Source of the DNA: Lama glama
Lineage: Eukaryota
DNA length: 64,000 bases
Assembly (NCBI GenBank): GCA_028534125.1
Contig: CM052818.1
Coordinates: 13,952,001 to 14,016,000, forward strand
Reading direction: 5' to 3'
The notes beneath the pieces are model-generated. The model saw only the letters and a program-made list of their open reading frames with translations. It was not told the origin of the DNA and searched no databases. A program made the translations under genes and the position numbers. Below, piece by piece: positions 22,409 through 33,417 of this stretch; positions within the stretch are counted from its first letter, which is position 1; each line of letters opens with the position of its first letter.

Positions 22409-24689
22409 CACGCAGGACTGCCACCAGGGACTTTGATGTCACGCTGCACCTTGAAGCTCATTAGCTGTGGGCTCAGCAGAAAAGAAACCCTTTCTGATCC
22501 TGTGAGGAGGAGGAAAGGGGAGAGAAGCAGGTGTGATGGCTGTAGCTCAGAAAAGGCTGTATCAGCAGGGCTGCCTTCATCAGGGGCAACTTTTCACTTT
22601 CAGTGGAGCCTCTGCTGGCTGGGAACTTGGGAGGCCAGGCCCTAGCAGGGAGAAAGGCACTAGTGCTGCTGGGTTATTCAATCCTGGGATACCCTCTCAG
22701 GACATTAGCCTCAGAGCAAGAAGCATAGGAGTAGAGGGGTCCCACGTGGCTGGCGGGGAAGTTCAGAATCCCTGACTGCCCTGAAGGGGAACCCTCCTGG
22801 GTTAGTCCTGCCCACTGTCCAGGACCCGTTGCCTCTGGGTGTGTACTATTTTATGGCTCCTTTGTGTGGTTAATAAATCCACTTTCTTACCGCCTTCATT
22901 TCCTAGTAGGAATGTTGGTAGGCACCCAGTAGATGCCTGGACTATCTGCTAAAACCAGCCCCAGTCCAGAGAAAAATTGTCTGCAGAGTATCACTAAACA
23001 AGCACAAGATAGTGTCCTTGAAATAGAGAAAGAAATAAATGAGGGACAGGGCTGGGGAACTTGGTGTCCCTTGGTGCTTTCAAAATATGCTCCAGTTCAA
23101 GGATCCTAGGTGGTGGGTGTCGGTAGGGGAGCAGACAGAGCCCAGCCCTTGCCGTGGTCCAACTACCACAGTGTGTTTCTGGCAGAATCGGCCTGGTCTG
23201 GCGGTAGGCCTCGTCTGCTAGGAATCTGTGCTTCTGTGTCTTCTCCTTTTCTGCTGCTTTCTTGTCATCCCTACACGGACCCCTCTAAACAAATCTAGCC
23301 TCCTCCTCTGCCTCATCTAACCCGCAGGCAGGCGCAGAGGCTGAGGAGAAGCTGTGTCCAGCCGTGAGGGGGGGCTGTTGTTGGATGATGGGGGTGAGGA
23401 GGACGACACGCAGCCTCCTCCTCCTCGTCACTGTCACTAGTGAATAGGGGTGGAACGAGGGTGACAGTTGACAGCACTTCAGGGGATTTATCTTATTTTA
23501 GCTTCTCTTTGCAAAGATGCTTTAGAACTTCATAAAAACCCTTTCCTGAGCTCTGGTGATTTGTCTTTCCTTGTTTCTCAGACCCAGGGTACTACCAAAC
23601 CAAAGTTTAGAAAGTTTACTAGTTTGTGTGGCTGCAGGTGGTGGCTGCCAGACCCTGGGAGGAGAGGCCCCAATGGTTGTCTATTTTCATAGGTGCTGCT
23701 CTGGCTGCTGGTTCACTATTGATTTTTAGATTGGACCCTGTAATCACACTGCATTATGCTGCCCTGGCCGAGGCCCTGCGCAGAAATCTTTACTTGAAAT
23801 GTCTTTCTTGCTCCGTTCTCTGGAAACTGCTGGCACGCTCTCCTCTGGCTGCGGCCCCCAGTTTATCCTCCGAGCTGAGAGTCTGAGAGGAGAGGGCGTC
23901 CACACTCCTTTGTCTGCTGGCCTAGCAGTTTGCTTCAGTCCTGGAATGTACGGTGGGAGGGGCTGAGCCAAGGGCTGTTCTTAAAAGAAGGATAACCCAT
24001 TCACAACAGAAATCTACAGAAGACTTTGAAAACACCCTGTGAGAAGAAATATACCGTATTTGGAAACAGAAATAAGGGTTCACCACCAAATTTTCCTTTG
24101 CAAAACCAACACCTCCCACGCGCTGCTGGGAGCATTGGGTGGAGCCATGATGATTACGTGAAAGGGGCTGCATGTCCCCAAACTGCCCCAAACGCTGTGT
24201 GTCAGTCTTCCCTTTGTGCTCCACAGCTTAACCCCCAACCCCGGTGCAATTTGTGACCTTAGATTTGTTGAGGTCTTAGAAGAGTGCCTGGTATGTAGTA
24301 AATGTTATATAAGTGCTTGGTAAATAAAATAGCCAGCAGAACTGGAGGCCAGAAATGGGACTGCCGAAGCCACACTAATGAATACGCAGCCAGGGCAGAG
24401 GGAATGTGAATGGGGTTTAGGGAAAATTGTATTTGACGACACAGAACAAGAAAATCTCTGAAGGGCGGAGGCTGTGGGATTCAGAATACCTGCTGGGAGG
24501 AAGGGACACGTGCCATCTAGTTGAGGGGCCACTGCGTGTTGGCTGCTTCACTTACATATTCCCGTTAGTCACCACGGTATTTGGTGAAGGAGGCGTTGCT
24601 GTCGTTATTCACGATGAGGAAATTGCCCAGGGTCCCACAGCTGCAGCAGGGGTGGAGGACAGCTATGGGCCGGTTCACCTCTGGACACG

Positions 24690-24905
24690 CTGCAGGGAGG
24701 GAGGGGCGCACACTCAAGCCCCGCCCCCCGCGGTGGGCTCAGCGCGAGGCTGCGCGGAGCGGCGGCTCGGCCCCGCTGAGGTGCAAGCGGGGCCCAGCCA
24801 CAGCGGCCCTGCTGCAGCCCGAGCTCAGAGCGGCTGAGGTCACCCCTCCCTGAAGCCCTCGAGACTCTGCGGTGGGACGTGAGTTCTCCACAGCTGTCCC
24901 GGCTC
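24690..24905. promoter_or_regulatory. Small CpG-rich patch with GC box; candidate promoter/first exon
   Basis: Dense CpGs (cgcgaggctgcgcggagcggcggctcgg), CCCCGCCCC at 24719-24727, donor-like AC|GTGAGT at 24878/24879. Confidence 0.5.
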
Positions 24906-27900
24906 CTCACTCTTCCTCCCTGCAGGGACTTGTTGGCTGCAGGCCCAGGCTCTGCTGATAGAGAACTGACAGACTTCCTAAAATAGGAAGCCCTGTCACC
25001 CACCCATTCTCTCCCTTCGGCGGAGCTGGCTGGGGCCTCCTTAGTAGAGACCTCTCTCTTGAGATTTGTTTCACCAGAAGCAGCTCTGGCCTAAAAGAGT
25101 CCGCCGGACTCATGCCTTTGCTTGAGGGCCAGTCCACAGCCTTGGAAAGGCTATCGAGCCTGGGGGTTTACAGGGATAACAGGGCAGGCTAGGGGTTGGA
25201 CAGGAGTTTGTGCTCTCACTTCCTGTTTAAAAGTGATGAAAAAAGCTCCAGCCCACTGACTAACCAGCTGAGTCCTTTCCCTTCCGGCAGAGGCCCAACG
25301 GCCCCTGAGATTGAACAGGCAGTTCTAAGTTTGGTGTTAGAACTGCCAAATCCAAGTTGTGGTTACCTTTATTTTTCTATTAGAAGGCCTGGAGCAAATC
25401 CCTCTGGGACTTGGTTTTCTTATCTGTGTAGTGGGTTTCACAGTCCCTGTGTGGCCTGGCCACACGGTCGGTATAACTTCAGCTGATAAGAGACAAGTTT
25501 TGTTTGCTCTGAGATAACACACAGGGCCTGGAATGGGAAAGGTGAGTCCCAGCCCACCTGTCTTCTCAGGGTGCTGCTTCCCTGTGGCTGTGACCAGGTC
25601 AGCCTCTCTCTCCCGCAGTCCTGACTCTTTCACATTGATTATAAAAATAACCACGTGCCTCCTCCGTTTTGCTGTTTGGATTTTTCTTGGCTGCTTTAAC
25701 TCATTCTTCTGTAACACTGGCTTTTTTTCTTCTGCACTTAGTTGATCTGAAATCAGATTTCACCTAGTGGAGCAGAATTTCACATTCTTTTGTTGATGAA
25801 GGGTATGGGTTTTGTTTTTTTGATCCTGTTCTATTTTAACTGCTCAGAATTCCCCTGATATACTTAGTTTTCCAACTTTGCATGTGATTAGAGGGAGAGG
25901 CCATCGTGATACTAACATTCCCCTCCCCTCGATGTGATCCTGCCTCGAAAAATAGTAAAGAAGGATACAGGGCAGATCCAGTCTGAAGTCCAAGTCGTGC
26001 TCAGACCATGTCCATTCTTGGTGAACTTGGCAGCGGTGAGTTTGGCTGGACTTGGATGGGGCCATAAACATGGACCTGGTGTTAAGCCCCATCTCTCTGC
26101 TGATGGCTATGGGAAAAATCATGAGGACAGTCCCTCATCGCCACCCCCATACAGGCAAAGGCCTAGGGAAGCCTTATTTGAGGGGGGACTCTGCTCCCCT
26201 CTTGCCAGAGTTGTCTTTGTGTGTTTTGGGTGTGATGGAGAAAGAGATAACTGTGGGAAACTAGGCAAAGTCAGAATGGCTGAACCGACAGGGGTGTCCC
26301 AGCTGCCCTTGCTTAACTGGAAGCAGAATCTTGCCCAGAGCCCCTTGTGAGCAGAGAAACAAGACTCTGCAAGCTCATCCTGGAGGCTGGAACCAGCACT
26401 TGTTCTCAGCGGTAGATACAACAAAGGGCAGATAAAGTCCCCGTGCTTGAGGAAACTCAAAACCTACCAGAGAGATTAGAGCATTCCCCAAAGCATGAAA
26501 GATGTGGCAGTTATTAAAGACAACTGGGTGTGTGGGTGGGTGCATGGTGGGTGTGAGGATGGCAGCACTTGGGCTGGCGCTGGCCTTCTGAACTGGCAGA
26601 GGGGAGCAGACGAGCAATCCTCTTGGCTCCCTGCTGCCCTCTTTGCTTCCCTCCTTCCTGCTATTTGTACAACACTGTGCCAGACCCCAGGTGAGGACAG
26701 AGGTGTTATCATAAGGGATTCAACAGTTCACACTGGGAAGTATCCATGCCAGAGCTGGGGAGTACTACTCTAAGGGCCAAGTCATCCTGCCAGAAGGGGC
26801 AAGACCTGCATTTTCAATAGCAGTGTCAGGGCAAACGAATCTTGTCTGAGGGCGTCATTCTGGACTGACCACATCCTAACCTTAGCTTCTGCACCTGTTC
26901 TGTTCCTTCGCTTTTGCCTTTGAGTCTGAATCATTCACATGGATTCCACCTCCGCGTAGGCGTCTTTCATTTGTCGTCCCAATGTCTGATTTGGAAAGAC
27001 CCCTGACATTACCCTTGAGGCAGTGCTCTGGCCCTGGACCCCCTTTCTCCTGGTTTTGGTTCTGGCAAGTTGCTTCAGCCCAGATGGAACTTACAGGACT
27101 TCATATTAATTGAGGGGATAAGATGTAGACTCAAACTAATTTTTTTTTAATGCTATGTTAATTACCAAGAGAACAGGGCTCCGTGAGATCTAAGAGGGCT
27201 TGATTTTGGTCCTGAGGGACAGTCTGGACTTGCATAAATGGGAAGGAGCAGAGAGTGCATTCTTAGCAGGAGGCAAGGTTTCAGCAAGTGCTCAGAGATG
27301 GGAATGTGCTTCACTAGTTCGAGGGACAATGAACAGACCAGTCTGCTAAAAATATTTATCAAGTGCCTCCTGTGTCTGAGGCACATAGGAGTTACAGAGG
27401 AAGGGTAACGAATGATCTCTGTGCTCAAGGATTCTGCCGGGTTCTGATTCTGAAATGCCCCCATCAGAGCAGAAAGGCCAGAGGGAAGTCTGGGGAGTAA
27501 AACTGGAGGCAGGAATTGAAGGTGCAGCAAGGCGGCAACTGTCCTAGCACAGAATGGATGAGGAAAAAAATGTGTGCTCCTGACATAATCTTGGGAAAGC
27601 TACAGATTACGGTTAAAGCAAATATTTACAAAGAGAAGTGGCACGAGGACTGTGCGGGCAGAGGGCGCATTTCTGTGTCATGTCGCAGAGCTTCAGAACT
27701 GCTGCAGTGGATTTAGCTGGCAAACGTGGAAAGAGGAGACACCAGGGGCCGAGCCCCAAGGCGTTTTAACAGCAATCTCTCCAGCCAGCTGATGCCCCCG
27801 GTATTTGTTATGTTGCTGTTGTCTCGGTGACCGTGGCAGCAGAGTCATACGGGGAGACCTTTCTAGGTTGCTAGATTCTTTGGCTTTTTGAGCTTGTCAC

Positions 27901-29541
27901 AAGAAGCTGCTTTGCTTTCCTCACCCTGACTACAGAGGAATGTCTGTGGTCCCTGAAATAGAGTAACAGTTGATGGAGCTTTGTGTTGTTTTAGCAGGAA
28001 AAAATACTGATGAGATAGTTGATTTGGGTCCTTGAGTTTTTTCTTCTGAACATAGCCAAATTCTAATGGTGTCTCTGAAGGAACGTATTTTGAGTTTGCA
28101 TTTGTAATGACTGGTATATTATCCCTTAAGGTATAATTAATAAGTAGCAAGACATGAAATGAGTACATATGTTCCAACGAAATGAACATTCATTCATTCA
28201 TTCAGCAGGCATTTTGGTCCCTATTATGTTCAAGTCACTCTGCTGGGCACAAGACCAGGTGCTTATTTACAAAAGCCTTACTTGTACTGTGCCCTTACAT
28301 GCACATGACCAGGACCCTACCCAACTAAATGAGCAAGGCTTGAATTCCAGGGTTGAGTTCTTCCAGTGGAATCATGAACTATCCATCTAATAGAAGGACA
28401 TGGAGGGAAGGGACTTCTTCAATGGTCTGTGGTAGCCTTTTGCCCCCATCCCCCTCCGGACTTGGTGAAGTTGCCAAGTTTCATAAGGAAAGGCCCTCGT
28501 CCAGGGCTGTGTATGCAGGAGGCAGTTAGACCACCAGAGGTGGGAGACTAATCTGATGAAGCAGGACACAAAATCCAATGTGAAATCCTGTGAAGTAGTG
28601 GAAACTGGCTGGCTTCTAATGAAGCTGGTTCCTTTTGTAATAGCAAGCAGGATGCTGTTCCCAACCCAGGCTCAGTGACCCTACTCTGAATCAGCCTGCA
28701 GGTGGAAAGGTATGTCCCCAAGACCTGGAGAGTTGGGTTCAAGAGCCAGGATCCGAGGGATGGGCAGATGCCTGGAGTGGACCCGCCCACTGTGGTTGAG
28801 TCCAGAAGGCCCTAGGGAGGAAGGTGTGCTGCAGTTTCCCTCTATCTGTGCTCCTGTTCAACTTCTTTAAGAATGAGGCCCAATCAAGAGAGAAGAGACT
28901 GGCACAGGGCGGTGTCAGAGCATGCTCTGTGGAAGCCCTGCCCAGGGCTCTTGTCATTAACTTCCTGGTTACCCCAAACACAGGGGCTCTCCATTGTAGG
29001 ATTAGCTTTTTTTTTCTCTTCTAAATTGGAATTTCTACCAACATGAATCATTTGTTAGAACATTTTGGGTCCTGAAGGAGTGGAGACAGGGATGCCCATG
29101 GGTTTATGTTTGGGTGGTGCCTCTGACTCACTCAGAGAATTGGGTGATCTTTTGCACCTCAGTTTCTCTTACCCATGGAAACAGGATGAAACTTGCCTGC
29201 TGCAGATCACAAGACTGGGAAACTTGCTTAAAGAAAATAAAAAATGTTTACATGCTCTTAATAACTTTGAGGGAGGCAGGAGTTTGGCCTGGTGAACATT
29301 TTCTAGAGGAGAGATACATGGTGGTCTGAAAAATCTTTCTTTACACTTGAAGATGTGTTTCATTGTGCCAATGTCTCTTTTCTTCCCACCTTCCTTCTGG
29401 TCACCCGGACATGGTCACACACCCATGTGATAATTTATTAGTGATAGTAGTAGCTACTGGTGATCCACCAACTCCTCTATGCCAACTACTCTGCTAGATT
29501 TTACTTGAATTCTTAAAACATATGAAAGTTAAGTATTATTA

Positions 29542-30449
29542 TCATTATATTATTGAAGTATAGTTGATTTATCATGTTGTGTTAGTTTCTGGTGTCCAGC
29601 AGAGTGATTCAGTTATACATAGATATACATATTCTTTTCCATTACGGTTTATTACAGGATACTGACTATAGTTCCCTATGCTATACAGTAGGACCTTGTT
29701 GTTTATTTTATAGGTAGTAGTTTGTGTCTGCCAATCCCAAACTCCTAATTTATCCCTCCCCCAATCCCTTCTCCTTTGGTAACCATAAGTTTGTTTTCTG
29801 TCTCTGAGTCTGTTTCTATTTTGTAAATAAGGCCATTCATATATTTTATTTATTTCTTTTTCTTTTTTCTTTTTAATTGAAGTACAGTCAGTTAGAATCT
29901 GTCAGTTTCTGGTGTACAGCCTAATGTCCCAGTCATGCATATACATACATATGTTTGTTTTCATATTCTTTTTCATTAAAGGTTATTACAAGATATTTAA
30001 CATAGTTCCCTCTACTATACAGAAGAAACTTTTTTAAAAATCTATTTTTATATGTAGTGGCTAACATTTGTAAATCTCAGATTCCCAAATTTATCCCTTC
30101 TCACCCCTTTCCCTGGTAACCATAAGATTGTTTACTATATCTGCAAGTCTGTTTCTGTCTTGTAGATAGGTTCATAGTGTCCCTTTTTTTTTTTTAGACT
30201 CCAGTATAAGTGATATCATATGGTATTTTTCTTTCTCTTTCTGGCTTGCTTCACTTAGAATGACAATCTCCAAGTACATCCATGTTGCTGCAGATGGCAT
30301 TATTTTATTCTTTTTTATGGCTGAGTAGTATTCTGTTGTATAAATATACCACAACTTCCTAATCCAGTCATCTGTTGATGGACATTTAGGTTGCTTCCAT
30401 GTCTTGGCTATTGTATATAGTGCTGCTCTGAACACTCGGGTGTGTGTAG
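29542..30449 (-). mobile_element. Tandem L1 3' ends (~29545-29845 and ~29850-30445) inserted in a MIR
   Basis: Two successive antisense L1 3' termini ('ttattgaagtatagttgattt', 'taattgaagtacagtcagtt'). TSD-like gaaagttaagtattatta (29524-29541) and gaaagataaatattacta (30450-30467). MIR text resumes at ~30468-30600. Confidence 0.88.
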
Positions 30450-32911
30450 AAAGATAAATATTACTAATCCCTCTTTATACTTGTGGAAGCTGAGGCCTAG
30501 AGAGGTTAGTGGAAAAGACAGAGGCGACCCAGCAAGTCAGTGGTAGAGCCAAGACTGGAACTAAGGTCCACCAGCCTCCAAAGCCATACCCTTTTCACTA
30601 CACCCCACCGATTCCTCACCACTCTTCTCAGATTTCTGAGGGCAAATGAGTGGAATCTGCCCAGAGAAGGCAGCTCCTAGCAGAAAAGGTGACTGCAGAG
30701 TGTGTGGTGCTGAGCACAGCATCGGTGGTGCCTACCCTCAACCGAAGAATGTGGCTGAGGCTGGAGGTGATGGACGCAACACAGTGTCCTTTCCTTCCTT
30801 TTCTTGGCCTTCAGCTGAAATGCCATCGATGACTGAACCCACCCTTTTTTTGTGTAGAAGCCTGCATATTCCTGGTTCCCAGCCATATGGAGGATGACAA
30901 AGCTCAGAGAAGGAATGAAGTTTTTTCTGGGGTGGACTCATTGCACACCCAGGTCCCTCTCCCCTCTTGCACTTTGGGGATGCAGCAAGCCCCCTCTGTG
31001 CCCACCTGTTCAGGTGGTCTCGTAGGGGCGCTGGGAATTGGGCCTCTGTCCTGCTGCTTCTAGAAGGCCCAGCTTTCTGGCAACACAGCTTACCTGGAAG
31101 CTGTTAACTTTGCCCTACTTCATTTTATTGCATGCATACTTATCCTTTTTGTGATGCTTTCAGACCATGGGTGTGGCAGCTGATGAGTTGAAACCTGTCT
31201 TCATTAGGCACTGATGCGGGCTTAAGGAGTGTTATTACTTGCTTAATGATGGCAGCTTGCAAAACAGTTTCCACAGCTCTCAGCACAGCCAGGCCTGCAT
31301 GGTCAGACATCTGCTCCTGAAACGGATTTGCCGTTTGGAAATGCAAGCATTTGACTCTGGCAAATGGCGCCCTGACACAATCATCCTCGTGTTCACTGTC
31401 CTCTAAATGTCATTGTCTCATAATTGGAATTGATTTTGGTCGCTCTTTCAGAGGCTGGGCTGTCAGCAACCCCTTGTGGGGGCTCGTAGCCTTTGATACC
31501 TGGGGAGGAGCTGCTGGTTTCATGGATGACTTGCTATGACCAGAATTCCCTGGGGCCTATCTTTAGCTCTGCAGAGGAGTTTTTATATACAACATCCAGA
31601 ACACTTGTGAAATTTCTGTCTTGTGTAATCAACATCAGTGTCGTATATGTAAAACTTTCCTTTTCCTGTTTGTGGTAATCACCATCTTGATGCTTAGTTA
31701 TTTAGGTGAGGATGCACAGTTCTTATAGACGATAACATTCTGTTTTTCCAACTTCTAGCCTTCTCAGGCAATGATGTATTCCAAATACCACGTTTTTTCT
31801 AGTATCTAAAATTTACCTCTTCAAGCAGAAAAAAGAAAGATTTTAAGCTTTTGTAGTATACAGTCTTGGTTTCTTAAATATCATATATTTAATGTAATAT
31901 AATTTTTGTTTTAATGACTTGGGAGAGTTGAGACCAGAGATTGTACAATACTCCTGTCAGTCAATGACAGTCTCTCCAGGCAGCTCAGATACACGAGGTT
32001 GGCCCTTTGCCCCGCAAATGCTGGACTGTTGTGGATTTTTATTTCCCTGGACCTTTAGTCTCCTCCACTTTCATTTCTTTCTGCTGCCACGTGTTCTGTT
32101 GCTTCTAATCCACGTCCTTATTTCTCACACAAGGACTTGGCCATTACTTTTCTCTCCTGGAGACATCCTGCACGTGGCTTTTGTGACAGCAGCCCATTGC
32201 TCACAGGTCCGTTTTGTCTTTTCCAGAATCCATAGCTTTGCTGTAGATGACGGAGGAAGGGGGAGCCTCCAGTTCTCCAGGGTGTTACTGGCCTTGCCAC
32301 TGAACAGAGCTGCCACTTGGGAAAATACATTTCAGGCCATCTGAGGATATTACAAGTTATAGATGCATCATATGTATGATGTGTCATTTATTTCCTGGCC
32401 TGACTTAAACAGAAATCACTTCTCTGATTTCTGTTTGACCAAGTAGCTGATGGTGAGTGGACCAACCTCAGCTTCCCCTTATCAGCCTCCACTTTGGCCC
32501 TTACATACTATCCCCAGGATAGGCAGGAGATGCCCGAGGCCATAGCAAAGAACCAGCTGCCCAGCTTCTGAGTGCTTCTGACGATCCTTTGGTAACCCTC
32601 ATCACACATGTAATTTCTTCTTTAATGCCTGTCTTCCCACAGTTTAGTGAGCTACAAGAAATGGAAGGCTGTGTCTTTGCTCCCCATAGACCCAATCTCT
32701 GCAAAGTGCCTAACACTCAGGGAATACTTGTTGGATTAAGTTTGAAAAGGTCCTTCACGTTCTCATCTGAACAGTCCTGTGAGAATATTTAGTGGACAGA
32801 GATCTTTTTCAGACTAGGTGTTTGAGCTTAAAGAAAGGTTTTTAGGTGTAAAACTTGTGCTCTCCCAGGCCAGACTGGTGGGAAGGTCCGTGCCATCTTT
32901 CTGGGTGTTGG

Positions 32912-33417
32912 TGTTACAGCTCAGTGTTACAGCTCAGTTGTGACAGCAACCTGGATCCAGGCAAGAGAAAGCAGCACTCAGAGGGTTGGAGCACTTGGTT
33001 TATTATGCTGGTGGGCCCAGAGGAGTTAATACTCCAAGCTCTGGACCCTGTCTGTACGTTTACACAGGCTTTTATAGGCTGCCAGTCTACACTTTGAACA
33101 TCATATGCAAGTAAGATGTAACAAAGTTGACTAATTAGGAATGAGCTTTGTAGAAATGGGCCAATCAGGAGTAATAGAAATGGACCAACCAGGAGTGAGC
33201 TCCATGCAAATGAGGCACTACAAATGGGCCAATCAGGAGTTAGCTCAGGAAACCAATAGAATCTTAGGGATAAGTTCCACTTTCCTAGAAGTAAGCCATT
33301 TCAGAGGCAAAAAAGCGAGATAATGCTGCTGGGCCAGGGAACCGGATGGTGCTGGTAGGAAAGTAGTGGCCCTGCCTGGGGGTCCTGCCAGCCTTTTTCA
33401 TGGGGCTTCCCACCTCA
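32912..33417 (-). mobile_element. ERV1-like solo LTR (~506 bp)
   Basis: TG...CA termini. AATAAA (~33000) and TATAAAA (~33070) lie on the minus strand in LTR order. Repeated CCAAT boxes in U3. 4-bp TSD-like ttgg/ctgg. Confidence 0.7.

Noticed and set aside
23394..23443. Short GAGGAGG/CCTCCTC hairpin and TCACTAGTGA palindrome
   Set aside because: Low-complexity stem, too short to suggest a structured RNA.
30172..30435. 87-aa ORF MFRAALYTIAKTWKQPKCPS... (and ORFs at 37477-37909, 41092-41681, 10785-11036)
   Set aside because: Translations of L1 ORF2 C-terminus/3'UTR remnants.
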